Part shown: positions 42,445 through 58,468 of the stretch, piece after piece
Numbering within the stretch: the first letter of the stretch is position 1
How the letters are laid out: each line of letters begins with the position of its first letter
Source: Paramecium tetraurelia
Lineage: Eukaryota
Length of the DNA: 64,000 nt
Reading direction: 5' to 3'
NCBI GenBank assembly: GCA_000165425.1
Contig: CT868030.1
Span: 434,001 to 498,000 of the forward strand
The notes under the pieces: generated by a model
The model's input: only the letters and a program-made list of their open reading frames with translations
Told to the model about the DNA's origin: nothing
Databases searched by the model: none
Translations under genes and position numbers: made by a program

Positions 42445-43174
42445 TTAATTATAGTTTTAGGTTTTTTTCTCTACAATTACAAGTAAAATTATTTTATATT
42501 AGCTTTTAGCCAGGTGTTGAACATAAAGTAAATTTGGCTTTCTGCTTTGTGCTGCCAAAAAAAGGTTGAAGTAAAAGATAATGAAAGTCTACTATATCAA
42601 GATGTCAATGGGACTTCATGATAGAATTATTTATTTGTATATTATCTTAAGAAAATGCTAAAATTATGATAAAATAGTTTTTTTTGTCACAAAATTAAAT
42701 AACCTTAAATAACTATCTTTACTTCTATGTTTTATAAATCTATAACTCTCTTCCTAGATTTACTTTTACTACTATCATTATTCTTTTGATGTTAAATCTA
42801 TTGATGATAAACTAAAAAATAGAGATCTCTATCTCCTGGCTTCAAAACTCTAAATTTATAGTTAAAAGATACTTAATTCTGATATGGTTTATCTCATAGC
42901 TTATTTAGATGATTCAAGAAAATTAGAAGAGAATGAATTGAAGGATTAAGCAAGGGGTAATAATAATGTCATTTTAACATCTTTTAAAATTTAAGTAAAT
43001 AATATTCAATAAAATTGATAGTGTAACTGATAGATGCTATTTAGTGAAAGGAGACAATTTTGAATTTTTATTCTAATTCTTCAATTATCATGATGCAGCA
43101 TTAAACGAGATGAGAGATATGCATACACTTATTTATTGAGAGTCTATGATTTTACAAATTATTTTAATATAAAA

Positions 43175-44770
43175 ATGAACAACTCTCAGAAAAGCAAAAC
43201 AGTTCGATCAGGTTCAGCAAGAGTCAAATCAGCTATTGAAAGGGCTGGGTTGATCCAATAAAGGGAGCAATTGAGAGAAATGTTGATTAGCAAATTTTCA
43301 AAAGATTTTGCTTAGGGTAACAAGAATAAAGAGGTGTTAATTTCGTAAATAGTTAATGAATACTTCGCAAATGAGCAAGTATCAAGCATAAAAAATATTA
43401 GGTCACAGAGAATTCCTTAAAATAACTGAAAGCGAGAGTGTAGGAGGCTATTCAAAAATAAAAACAACAAAGTTAAACATAATAAAACCCATCCTAAAAT
43501 ATTTAATTTGACAACAGAAGTGAATAGAAATCACAAAACCTCAGACCATAATCTGTTAAGAATTCTGTGAGATCTGAAAGAGATCCCGATTAATATTCTG
43601 TAACGTCTTCACAATTTGAAAAACCACCAAAATCAGTTTATGTGGTTGATGAGGAGGATGAATGGGCTGCTTTGGTCAAGTTTGATACAGAACTACACAC
43701 CAAGGAAAGATAGCTAGAATCATAGAGGTAAGCTGAGTTTAAAAAGAAAATGAAGTCAGAACTTGATAGATAGTTGGAGGAGAAAAGAAGAAGGCAAGAA
43801 GGGGAGAAGAAGTAGGAAGAAGCCTATGTTAAGTTAAGGGATTACTAAATGAATGTGTACGATCAAAGAGAAGACTAGAAGAAGAGAGAGAAGGAAAGAA
43901 AGTAGTAAATGGAGAAAGAGCAAAGAGACAGACAAGTGAGGGAAGAGGAGAAGAGAAGATTCTTAGAGAAAAAGAGATAATCGGAATAAGATGCAGTATT
44001 GGTTTAAAGAATTTAAGAAGAATTGAAATAGGAGTAGAGGGAAATACTTTAAAAGAAGGAGATAGAGAAGAGAAAGTTTATGGAGATGATGGAAGAAAAT
44101 GAAAAAAATAGATAGAAGTAAATTCATGATGAAATAGCTGAAAAATAATTAGAAATTGATATGCAAAGGAAATATATAGATTTACAATAAAAATTAGAAT
44201 AGGAGAGAGAATTAGAAAAGAAGGAGAGAGAAGATAAAATCAAGAAGATCATGAGTGATTTTTCATAAACTGTAGTAAAGAATCAGAAAGATCAAATTAA
44301 GTATTATCTTATCTAGAATTAGGGCTGAAGATGATAAGATGATGAAAGCTATTCTTATGTAAAATTAAATTGAATAAAATGATGAGGATTACAAAAAGAG
44401 ACAAATTAAATAGTAGCAATAGGAAATGAGATAGTATTTAATCAAGCAAATGGAAGATAAAAAGTAAATATAATATGATTATTTAAGATAGAAAATAAAG
44501 GAAGAGGAAGATTTAAATAGAAAATAGGCTTAGGTTTGGTAATAAGATTTATAGATGTATTAAACACATGAAAAATAAAAACATAATTACATAAAGGATG
44601 TAAATTTGAAGCACTAAGATATCCTAAAATAATAAATAGATGAGAGAAAATCTTAGTAGAGACCCAGAAATAAAATGAATAATGAAGAATTGATGCATAA
44701 CAAGCCTTTACTGAGAGAATTGGCAGACAAACAAGATGCAATAAAAGTCAGAAAGATGAATATTGGATGA
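43175..44770 (+). CDS. Long E/K/R/Q coiled-coil protein (trichohyalin/TPH-like, possibly ciliary)
   Basis: DEEDEWAALVKFD, an extended charged helix and C-terminal MNNEELMHNKPLLRELA. Two short introns. Confidence 0.7.
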
Positions 44771-44861
44771 GATGGATTTATTCATATAGATTATATATAT
44801 ATATTATGTTAAATATATATATTTAAATGTGATAGCAAATCCATAAATTAAATTATCAAAT

Positions 44862-45363
44862 ATGACTCACAGTTATGGTTTGAAAAAGGGTACCAGAAGC
44901 AAGTTTGCCAAACCTTTCAGAGGACATGGAAACATATCAATAAGAAAAACCCTTTAAACTTTCAAAAGAGGTAAGTCTTAGTTAATAATCTCAAGGTGAT
45001 TTTGTTGATATTTTGGTTGATGGTGCTTAACACAAAGGTGTTCCATTTTAATATTATCACGGCAGAACTGCAAGAGTATTCAATGTCAATCCAAGAGGAA
45101 TTGGTGTCTCATTACAAAGAAGAGTCAGAGGAAGATATGTCGAAAAGCGTTTTCATGTTAGAGCTGATCACTTGAGACCATCAAAATGCAGATAAGAATT
45201 TGTCAAGAGAGTCTAAGAAAACGATAAGAAAAAGACTGAGGCAAAGAAGAATAAGCAAGTCATTTCAACAAAGCGATAACCAGTTCAACCAAGAGGTGCA
45301 GCAGTTGTTATTCCAAAATAAACAACTTTCTAACATCCAAAGGCATTTGTAGAAATTATTTGA
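44862..45363 (+). CDS. RPL21: 60S ribosomal protein L21 (eL21)
   Basis: MTHSYGLKKGTRSKFAKPFR, GDFVDI, HKGVPFQYYHGRTARVFNV, HLRPSKCR. 25-nt intron 44971-44995. Confidence 0.97.
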
Positions 45364-45773
45364 TCGAATAAATCAGTATATTACAAAAAAATATGTTAAT
45401 AAAATTAAATAGTTTTATTAATGATTAATGCATATTTCTACTTGATACCAATTTACTTTATTATTAAAGTCAATTATCGTCAATTCTGGATTATGTATTC
45501 CATAGAAATTTACGTAAAATTTAAACTCATTTCAAAACATTTTAAACTCAAATTTTAATCCAGATTACTTGTATAAGCAATCATAAAGTTATTTTAAAAA
45601 AGCAGCACTCTACTTATTTTCAACTTCTTTTAAAGAGAGTATTATATTGTAGATACTACAACCTCTAATAAATTAAGATAAATTGCAAATGTTAAATATT
45701 CATAAAAATTATGTAACAATAATTTTTATATAGATTAGAATTGATATTTATTTGATACGACTATATATCATAC

Positions 45774-47418
<1,645 letters not shown>

Positions 47419-47521
47419 TTATATAATAAAGATATTTATGTTTTTTAAGAATTTATAAACTCATTTTAATATCATCCATATATATATACATTAATATAAT
47501 ATTAACAAGAAAAAAAGAAGT

Positions 47522-48983
47522 TCAATGTCTCCATATTTTAACCCTTCTATCCTTGCCCCCACTTCCAGCTTTCTCTCCTCCTATTGGAGCCCAATCAACA
47601 GCATAGACTTCATCAGCATGTCCTGGCAAATCAAAGGCCAACTTCTTTTTTTACAAAGACCATAATTTCAAGGTAGAGTCCTTGGAAGCTGACAACATAT
47701 ATCGAGAATCACTAGACCATGAAACTTAATAAACTGAGCCTACATGACCTCTCAGAGTAGCAATCCAATTTCCATTGTACCCATCCCAAATTCTCAAGCT
47801 CTTATCAAAACTAGCTGAAACGATATATCTTCCATCTGGTGAGAATTATACATGATTCACTTATTATTGATGTCCAGTCATTCTAACCTTTGGTTTCGAT
47901 GATGTATATTCCCACAACATCAAAGTTTGATCATCACTCGCACTGACAAGTCTCTCGTTTTTACCACTTAACATCTTATCATAAAGCACCTTAGCTTATT
48001 TCCTGTTGATTTCAATGTTTCCTTCACTAAAACAAGCACATCTTAGAGTGTAATCAGTATGCAGGGCAATAGAATTGACCCAATGGCCATGACCTTTGAG
48101 TTCTTAGACTCTTTTTCCTGATTTATTCCATACACCGATTGTGGTGTCTTCTGATGCAGTATAGATATATCCTTAACCACCCCAGAGCATTCTAGATTTA
48201 ATAAGAGATGTACTTTGTAATTGCTTTTTAATGAGCATTGATGGATATCAAACAAGACAATGAAGTTCTGCTCCAGATTCTTACACTTCCATCTTTTGAT
48301 GAGGAAGCCACCAAGGTGCATTCTTCATCCAGATGCATTGGCTACCAGGCTATACTAGTTACCCATTTGGTATGTCCTATTAATGGTTACCCTTTTAATT
48401 GATTGGTTTCAACATCCCATATGCAAACTTAGCCATCATGACTACCAGAGGCTATGTATTTGCAGTCAGGACTCCATGCTAAGCACAATACCCAATTCCT
48501 ATGGCCTTTGAGTGTGGCAATTGGAGTTTCTGTCAACATATCCCATAATCTTATGGTTGTGTCACCACTACCTGTTGCCAAGACATCTCCGTGAGTTCTG
48601 AATTGAACACATAGCACAGGTTGTTCATGGCCTTCTAAAGCGGCTGTTTGACGGGTGATAGGCTGAATTCGAAAGAGTGATTAGGGATGGTATGTGAGAG
48701 AAAAGGTATTTTCCAGTTTGTATTCAGGATCTGAAGCGATTAACTAGTTTAATGTGTCGACCAATTCAATGTTATTGTGGAAAAAGGTGTAAACTTGATC
48801 TTCCTCAGTTTTGACCAATGATTATAAAATTTATTGCAATTCTTCTTTGGTTGTGTTCACTGAGAGTTCCAAGGATTTTTAGGCTTCCTCTCCATAAGGA
48901 TTAAATAGAGTCACGAATACTCTTGTATCAGGGGGGAGGAGAGTAATTGTATTAGTTTTTATCTTCTTCTTGGTTTGATCCAT
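47522..48983 (-). CDS. NLE1: Notchless/Rsa4 WD40 ribosome assembly factor
   Basis: YHPQSLFRI, SGSHDG, RMTGHQQQVNHV, DLPGHADEVYAVDW..GGKD..KIWRH*. One 22-nt intron at 48192-48213 restores the frame. Confidence 0.95.
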
Positions 48984-49005
48984 TTATTGATCACTATTAA
49001 AATTA

Positions 49006-49937
49006 ATGAATTAAGGTAATTAAGACAAGAGAAAATAAAGGGATTATGAAGATGAGGATTCAGAGGAAGAGGAAATCGAACAACCAATAAATGTGCATAA
49101 TAAGGGAGATATGGAAGAGGAAATTAATCTGGACTTTGTATTCCTCGATCCAAATCAAAAATAATTTCACTCTATCAAATCATTCATCAATGGCTATCTG
49201 GAGGGAATAAGCTTTAAATCCTCTGAGTTGGCCAACATCATTTGTGATCAAGTTGAATTGGGAACCATGGTCGGACAAGAAGACGAAGACAATGTTTTTG
49301 GTTTTACTACAATATTAAATATTGGTGAAATTAAGTAATTTAGAATTTAATCATCAATAGGAGCAATGCCATTGGTGAAATCCTGCATTATGTCGATACT
49401 AAATCACAACAATACAATAAGTAACATCAACAACTACAACACATCTTTTAAACACCCAAGAAAATAGGTTTATTTATAAATGAGAGGATTCTTAATTTGG
49501 CTCCACAACTCGTTCCCATTTTACACAACCAATTAGTAATTTCTTATTTCATTTTAGAAAGAAGACATCAATTGGTTATAAAAAGAAGACCCTTCCAATC
49601 CCCTCACCAATCTAGATTACTTACTCGTCATTACCAAATGTTTTAAAGATAATGACCAACAAAAACAAACACAAAAAGTAAACACTACTCTAAACAATAG
49701 AAATCTACTTCAGATCTGAATGATTTGATATTCTAAAAGTTCGAGGACTATGTCTTCTTGGAAAAGTCTGTAGTTTCATTTCGATTCCTGAGCGAAGGAT
49801 CAAAATAAACTCAATAGGTTTCTGACTATATGAAGACTGACCAAGAAGGTTAGATTTGCTATCGATTGATCTATCTGATACAGTTGAAGGATTACCTAGC
49901 ATAAATTGTGAATATTGAAAAATATGTATAATAATGA
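49006..49937 (+). CDS. BCCIP: BCCIP/Bcp1 family protein
   Basis: Acidic N-terminus, INLDFVFLDP..FHSIK, NVFGFTTILN, GLFINERILNLAPQLVP. Confidence 0.88.
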
Positions 49938-49996
49938 ATTAAGAAACATCTAACTTAATTATCATATTATTATGTATTCATATACAATTTCTATAG

Positions 49997-52704
49997 TCAT
50001 AAATTTAGATTTTCGAAGCACCCTTTGATCTTCTCTTTAGTAGCTGGCTTGATTATTACTCCGTCGAAACCTTCATTAATACTCTTTTCTTAGTCCTATA
50101 TGCTACAAAAAGCAGTTACAGCTACTACAGGAATTGCCTTTACCAATTATAATTCACATTCCATTTACCGAATGATTTAAACAGCCTCCCATCCACTCAT
50201 CAAAGGCATGTTTATGTCCATCAATATACAATGATAACCAGTGCATTTTCCACTACATTTATCCTATAATTTCTTAGAGATTTTTTCTATTGCTTACTTA
50301 CCATTAAGGGCAGTTTCTGTATAGAATCCCATTTCTTTTATTATGTGAGCAATAATATCAATGTTAAATTGCTCATCATCGACTATCAAAATGGTCTCAC
50401 AATTACATTGATCCTATCTCTTTTTAGGAATTTCAATTGACAAATCATTAGAATTGCTCCTTTTAAATATATTTATTGCAGCCAATTGATGACCTTTATT
50501 GTAATTTAGGACCTTCACAGACGCACTTTACGCATCTTAATATGGGATAGTCAATTATTACGATTTTTGTATCGAGGATTTCTCTTCAATATACCTTAGA
50601 CTAAAATAAAATGATGATCCACTATCCTTCACAGAATCAACAAATAATAGATTAGAATTTTCTGGGGCTAATTATCGGATTATTGATTTACAAACTGATA
50701 AACCTAAACCAACACCAACAGAATATTTTGATACTTTTTCATCTTCATCTGCAACATGTAACTATTTATATTTATACTAAACTTACTTTCTTCCTCAGAG
50801 TCACCAATTCATCCTCATCCATACCTAGACCACTATCTTTTATGTAAATTTCCAAAATATTCGAATCTTCTTACGACAATTAAGACTAGACCTCATCAAT
50901 AATTCCAAAGCAAGACGGAGAATTTTTCTTTTTTTTCACTTCTACAGTTATTCCACCTTAAATAGTAAACTTTATAGCATTCGTTAATAAATTCAATATA
51001 ACTTGACAAAACCTCTATCGATCTCCTTTCACTATGTATGCACAATTCTCAGGGATATCTAATTAATAACTCAACTATTTTCTATATATCTAATCTTTAA
51101 TTAAATCTACACATTCCGTAATAGCATTAATCAATTCAAATTTGTCTTCCCTCAATTTTAATTTATTGTCTAATAAATATCTGTAATCAAAAAAATCCTG
51201 CACTTTGAATAATTGCAATTTTGTGTATCTTAATGCACAAGCCAATAATTCTGACATCTCTTCTCCTTTTAATAATCTATCCTAACATTGTTTTATGTAA
51301 CCATACGCTGCATTCAAATTTGTTAGCATCTCATGAGATATTGATCTTAATAAATTCTTCTTGACTGATTCTAATTTTTTTAAACTAGTTTTCAGAAGAA
51401 CTGGATTCAATTCATGAACAAAAAATATTTGGAAATCGTCCTCTTCATCAAATAATTTATAATTTTCTATCACATGAATTAAGAACTTCATATCATGATT
51501 CATTGTTGATGGTGATGAATTTTGATTCTTTTGATTATTATTGTCCCTCAACATCTACTCAAAAGATAACTTACCACTTGTAGGTGTTGATGGCCTATTA
51601 ATACTGAGTCTATTTGATGATCTCTTCCTCTGTTTCTTTTTCGAACTTAATGTACACATATAGGGTTGATGCCTAAGCTCTACTTATAAGGATATATCAG
51701 CAGTATACTATTTTTTGAGTACCTATTCATCATCTTTCATTTTAAATGACGAAAAGAATTCCTATTTATATTATATCTTTTTATTGATTGGAGGGTTATC
51801 GCTCAAATTAAAAATCAACTACCTAGATCCACACTCTGGACTTAGAGCTTCCTTTTTATAATTCACTTTTCTTATCTTATACTAATCAATCTGCAATTCA
51901 TCGTCAAAATCTATAATTGATATTCCTTACTAATTCAATTCAGTTAATTGGAGATTAGATAAGAAATGCAATTATAATTTTTAATAATTTATGAATCTGT
52001 CAGGTGACTGATCAGTATCAGAATTGTTCGATCCCTCTAGTGTTAACGATAGATTTTCAAAGCTTTTATTTGAATAAAGCAACTAGCTTTTGTTTTTCTA
52101 GACAATACACATTGCCGATGGAATTGTATCTATTATAAGAAACAATGCTTAGAGTTTTGAATAAAATGACATTAGATTTCCTTCTCTTCGTATCATGTGT
52201 ATAATCATTATAAGAATAAATAATCCCAAACATTCATAAGATTTATCTTCAACTGATACTAGATACCCTCCCATGCATATTCCTAATGTTACCAATTTTA
52301 CTAATATTGTATAAGCCATGTTAAACTAAATTACATTAAATGTGGTGTAAATCAATAAAAATGAAGGGTTCGACATATAAAAATATAGACAATACCAATT
52401 AATGAGAATTATTTAACAAATTCTAATTATATGAGTCATGATAGCCTTACAAGAATGGTTCTTTTTGATGAGTATCCCCAAAAATAAATGTGAAAAGCAG
52501 TTAATACTTAGTTGAATATAAAGTTCCGAATCACTTTTGTTAATGATCAATTTTATTAAGATTATTATAAACGATATGAAAAGAGTTGGAATTTGAATCA
52601 GGTCCATCTCCATTTAGAATTCCTACTTTTTCCATGATTAATATTATTCTGATATGAATTTGTTGTAAGAGTTCTAAAAAGTCCTTATAAAATCACAAAG
52701 CATC
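49997..52704 (-). CDS. Membrane-bound hybrid histidine kinase (HisKA, HATPase_c, receiver)
   Basis: N-terminal TM helices, H-box RSISHEMLTNLN, N-box QVILNLLTNAIKFT, IKDSGLGM, GVGLGLSVCK. Receiver ILIVDDEQFN..ILMDINMPLMSGWE..VTAF..IIKP. Confidence 0.93.
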
Positions 52705-53558
52705 TTCAAAATTAATTAATAATATCATTAATATAATTTCAATCAATAGCAAATCCCTTAAACTCTTTAACCTTTTTTGAGCCCTCTCTTTATTATCCCG
52801 TTTAGAAATCACCTAAAATATATCTAATAAAAACTGGTTATACACAATATTCTCAAAATTTAATTCTCTGTCCTATTAAAATACAATCATTTTGTAATGA
52901 TCATCATCCTACACATTATGGGATGTTGAAAAATGCAAAAATATTGAATTTATTAAGTTGAAAAAAGAAAGGAAATATCATTTCAAATGGTAATTTCGCC
53001 ATTTTAGCATTCACAAGCTTATCAAATTTGTGGTTGAAGATCAGGAATAATGTAAAATGTATACCCATCCAAATAAATAGATACTTTGGCTAAATTTCTA
53101 AGAAGGAAATTATCCTAACAATTTTAAAGTTCATCACAGATTTTTGATTAATCATATAAAGAATAATTAATATTATAATCAAGAGTTTGTGATTTAATTT
53201 TTGCTCTTCTTTTGGTAAGTAGCATTGAATTTTCATAACTTATAAAAAATTACAAGACCATTTAATAATTAGACAAACATTTATTTATTTGTATTTCAGC
53301 TTATTATTAAATAGTACTTTACAATAAAGCCAATAAAAGTATGGATATTATAGAATGTACTTGGTGGTCTGCATGATATTGATTTCATTGAAAATATGCA
53401 ATATAAAAAGTACAAATTGAAGATAATTGAAATATTTTTACGGATTTTAAGTAATTTATTATTTTTGAAATCTAAATTTTATACAAATTTTGAAAACACT
53501 TTTTTTTAATTTATTCAAAATATTTATTTATTTAATATATATTAATATAATAATAAGA

Positions 53559-53825
53559 ATGGAACAAATAAAGCTCTAAATAAAGGCCACAGATATGGAT
53601 GAAGATTTCATTAAAAAAGTTACAGATATTACATAATCAGCTATGCAATAGTTTAGAACAGAGAAACAAATTGCTCATCATATTAAGTATGAATTTGATA
53701 AATTTGATTAATTTGGTTGGAATTGCATTGTTGGTAGAAACTTTGGAAGTCACGTAATTCATTAAACAAAAAAATACATTTTTTATCAACACAAAGAATT
53801 GTATTTCTTATTATGGAAGGCTTGA
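53559..53825 (+). CDS. Dynein light chain type 1 (LC8-like), 88 aa
   Basis: [46 protein letters not shown]. Confidence 0.92.
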
Positions 53826-54194
53826 ATAATCTGATTATGATTATTTAGAATAAGTTTATATATGAACTGTTTCATTTATTTTTTTTGAAATTCTTCACTA
53901 CAACCAGGTCAATTGACTATACTTAACAACGAACAATAAAAACAAGAGAGGAATTAATGGTATTTGAATAAGAGATGTTACTTAAAATTCAAGTATCAAC
54001 GTCATAAAAAATATGCAAATTTGAAAGGGCATTTAATGAATTTAACATATTTCGATCATTTAAAGTTAAAAATATAAGGTAAATTTTTAAATCTTCTTAA
54101 TGTGTATAAAGATGTGATGATTATTTACAAAATTTATAATTAAAAACTATTTTGTATTTTAACTTATTAAATAAAAATAAATTTTATTATTATT

Positions 54195-55821
54195 ATGAAA
54201 TAAGCTAATAATTCCAACTAGTTGTAATAATTAGACCCAATAGAAGTGATTGATAATCTAGAAACTTTAAAAAAAGTGATTAAATAAAAAGATGTTTAAA
54301 TTAAAAATATGGAAACAGAATTTTAAGAGAGATTGAATGCATTTTAATTAGCTGTTGCAAGAGACTAAGACGGATTAAAATAAGACATAATCTAATTTTT
54401 ATTGAAAGACAATGAGTAATAAAAAAAGATTGAATAGCTTCATATAAATTATGAATTGTATGCTTTAATATCAATTATTTTAGATTGCAAAATTAATTAG
54501 AAGAGACATTCTTAGAAAGTAATAATAAAATAAAGACCTTGCTTGACATAAATGACAAAAAGGATCATGAAATAGAGCAACTTAAATAGTAAATTAAGGA
54601 CACTGAAGAGAGGGTTAATCAACTTAGAAAAAATTCGATTTCAAAAGACAGGAATATGTATGAAACAGAAGCAGTTATTAATAAAAAGGTTCTTGACTTA
54701 TAAAAAAGAGAGGCTGACTTGACATTTAAATTAAAGCAAGCCTTAGAAAAAGTAAATATAAATTCAAATATTAAATAGAATGAGTAATTATCAAACTACT
54801 TTGAAAATTATTAAAGTGAAAAGGAAGTTAAATTAATTAAATAAGTTGAGCATCTAAAGAAGTAAAACTCTTCCTAAATAAACAATATATCATCAAATTA
54901 TGAGGATTAAGTTAAAACTTCAAAAGAAGTTATCGAACAATTATAAGATCACATTCTTAATTAAAAAGATAGATTTTCTTAAATTTAAGATGAAAATTAA
55001 AAATTAAAATGTGAAACAGAAATAGCAAATGTGAAAATCAATTGTATACCTCTTATTAATTATTTTAGAATTATTATCAATTATTGATAGGCTTCAAGAT
55101 ACAGAGTCATTACATGATCAAACAAGAAAAGAATTATAATAAGTAGAAGACAGTAAGAAAATATTAGAGAGAAATTATAAATTGTAAATAAACAAAATTT
55201 ATTTTTAGGGAAATCTAAGCTTTATAAATCTAATTGGGGGAAGCTACAAAATATATCGATTTAACTACTAATCTTTAATAAAGACTGAATCAGAAAGATT
55301 AAAAAATATCACATTTATTATAGGAAAATTAATAATTACAAGAATTAGTTTAAGATTTGAGGCTCCAAGTTTCATCTGTTGAATAACATTTTCAATAGCA
55401 TGCTGATGAATAGAGAAAAGCTAATATATTATTATCAAATAAAGAATTCGAACTTTAAACTATTATCGAAAGCCAAGCTCAAAATTTTGCTGAATAAGAA
55501 TAAAAGTTAAAATAAGGTTTTGAAGAACTCTGGTTAGATTACTCAAATCTTTAATACAATTATGAGTTGTTAAAGTAAAAGAGTGGAGAAGACTCATTTA
55601 GATTAAAATTATATAAAACCAATGACAAAAAGGCCAGTAGAGCCATTCACGGAAGTCAAACAAGAATGACTATTGGTGAGAAAGATCACTAAAACAATTA
55701 AGAGACAATAAAAATAAATGATGATGCCTTTTTGAAGACTCTGGAAAGCTTCTAAAAATAGGATTAAGCAAAACAAACTAATAAAAGATTAGATCGTAAT
55801 GTTTATGTTCGAAGAGGTTGA
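54195..55821 (+). CDS. Hypothetical coiled-coil protein
   Basis: Q/E/K/L-rich code-6 frame with several short introns, TGA 55819-55821. Confidence 0.65.
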
Positions 55822-55911
55822 ATACATCGCTATTATATATTAAAATTATCATTAACTTAATTATTAAAACAATTTCTATGAAAAATGATAAACTAAACTG
55901 ACTATTATATA

Positions 55912-56771
55912 TCATTTTGATTCTTAAAAGGCAGCCTTCTATTTTTAAACTTTTGCATGTGTTTCTTCCATTTTATCATAGGCTTCTTCTAAGATTGACA
56001 ATAAGGCTTCATGGCCATCCATTCTTAATTATCTTTCTTCTTCTAATTCGCTTTTGACTCTTATTACAACTTCTTTGAGCATAGTGAATATACCAACTTC
56101 AGCATCTTCTCTGTTAATAAATATAGATTATGATTACCTTTATGATTTACCTTGGTTCGCTTAATCAAATAATTTGGAAATTTCCTAACTTGCTTTTTTC
56201 ACAATAGATTGATCTTCTTAAACTCTTTCTTAATTTTCTTAAACATTATATTACCATAATGCAGGTAAGTCATTTTGCAAAGTTGTGTTAATAATGTTAA
56301 CTTATTAGTTTTTCACTTTAATTTCTTATCCAATCTATTAAAGCAAGTCTTAGACCTTTGAGATTATTCAATTTAAATTTACTTATTAATCATAGCTGGA
56401 CAATACTTATTCACTCTGTTCTCTATTGGCTTTAACGTCATCATCTAACTTTTTTTAGAGTTTATTCTCTAAATTTTTGATTTCTTTTAACTTTTTTTCA
56501 TGCGAAGAACTATATTAATCATTTTGTTTTTCAAATTATTTTGTAAGCTCTTGAAATTAACCTGACAATTATCCCTAATTTTATGAAAATTAAGTACAAG
56601 TTATTCACTGTAATTATTGATAATTTCCTTCAATTCACTCTAAGCTTTGTTGATTCTGTCATAAATTTCATCAATTTTTGCATCTTTTGTGTTGTCAACT
56701 TCGAATTGAAGAGCTCCCAATTTTTCTTGCAATTTTGTGTATCTCTCATTGATTTAAGCATTAGGATCCAT
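55912..56771 (-). CDS. SF-assemblin/beta-giardin-like coiled-coil protein (putative kinetodesmal fibre component)
   Basis: Coiled coil of about 260 aa with C-terminal REDAEVGIFTMLKEVVIRVKSELEEERQLRMDGHEALLSILEEAYDKM, resembling remembered ciliate SFA C-termini. Confidence 0.65.
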
Positions 56772-56799
56772 TTAATAATAAATAAATATAAATTTTATT

Positions 56800-58468
56800 T
56801 CAGTTCTAATTTTTCTTTTCAATTAAAACCATCATAATTTCTTTAATTTCATCCTCTTTATTACTCTCAACCTCTCCATCCGAACTAAATATCTCTAAAA
56901 ATGTATTTACTTTTAAAAATCTAATGATTTACCAACTGTATCATATGGTAATGTGATTGTAGCGAATGTAGAAACAACAGAACTCACAGCAAAAGCCAGA
57001 AAGGGTAAATGTAATTCCTATTCAAATAAGGGTATGAGAATATAGGGAGAAATAGCAGCTCCTATTCTTCCAACAGCAGCACTGCTCCCAAATCCCAAAG
57101 TCCTATTTGAAGTGTGAAATATCTCTGTAGAGTATGGATATAGCATAGCCCAACATTCTTTCATAAAAAATCGGGCAAAAAAATATGGCCAAGAAGCATA
57201 ATAAGACCAAACATGCATAACTGTTGCAAAAAAAAATGAGATTGCCATTGTGTTCCTTCTTCCTAAAAAAGGAATTTCTACTATTAGCAATGATAAAATG
57301 ATTGATGGAATTTCACCTAAAACGGTTGTTAGGTAGTCAACAAATGTTTTTTATTTAGATCCTAAAATGAATGGTAAAATCAGTAACTATCCAAAATACA
57401 TCTAAAATATTTATAGCACAAATTACAAAATTAATACAAAACCATATTATCCACAATCGAATGGTTGTGCTTTTATTATTTTTGTTAAATAATTCTCTAA
57501 GTGTTCCTCTATTTTCAGAACGAAATACTTTAGTTACCCATTTTTCTATTGCTATTCTCTCTTTGGCTGAAATATACCCATATCTAAAACTTATAAATAA
57601 TAACTTTACTTAGATCCTTTAAATGGATCCGATGATACTTCTGGTTATACACTTTTAAATATCCTACTTATTAGACCTTTATTGTTTTCATTTTTGTGGA
57701 TAATTTCTTCGATGATATTTAAACCCTCTACTACCTAACCACTAGCCATCAAATATCGAGGACTCTCCATCAAAAAGATCCATGCCAAAATGCCTACTAT
57801 TAGAGAAGTCGTTGAACTGAGAGTCATCATTAATCTCCAGTGTCCTCTATTGAAATTCTCAAGACATAAAAATGCCAATAAAAATGCATAAATTTTGCCA
57901 ACGGATACAAAGAAATTTATAACAATTAAAAATCTTCCTCTTACATCAGGTGCTGTAATTTCAGATATCATAGTTGTAGTTAAAGGAATTGAAAATCCTT
58001 GTCAATTAATTGTACAAAATACCATAAACAAAACCATATCCTAATCTTGCAAAAATCATATGATAAAAATTTGTACAAAGCAAAAAGCTGTTTGCCATAA
58101 AAAATTATATGATGCAGGATAAGTAAATACATTTTAATCTGCCTTTTCGATCTGCAACAAATCCAGTCAATAAAGAACCTAATACCATTCCTTGACTATT
58201 TTGAAATAGAAGACTCTACCCAAATAAAAAATGCTGGTTAAGGTTTAGATTTATAAGCTTGTTAATTGCCACTCAGTTTTTAAGATGGGCATAAGAAAGC
58301 TCATCAATATCAATTCACATCCATCATTTAAATCAATAAAAACCAAAATAGATAAGGCCAAAATTTAATATTTCCCTGTTCCACACTTACTTAATAATAT
58401 CATAGATTTACTCTCTTTTCTATCAGTTAATCCAAAGATAATTTAGCATTCTCTTTATACGGATTCAT
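56800..58468 (-). CDS. MFS transporter, SV2/SVOP-like
   Basis: DGCELILMSFLMP, ADRKGR, ISEITAPDVRGR, WR, ESPRYL, LGRR, YSTEIFHTSNRTLGFG, GRIGAAISP. Confidence 0.9.

Noticed and set aside
42480..43130. Possible plus-strand gene
   Set aside because: No consistent start-to-TGA model or recognisable motif could be built.
49997..52704. Bacterial contamination or recent insertion for the two-component gene
   Set aside because: It uses TAA/TAG as Gln, has short spliceosomal introns and matches host AT content.
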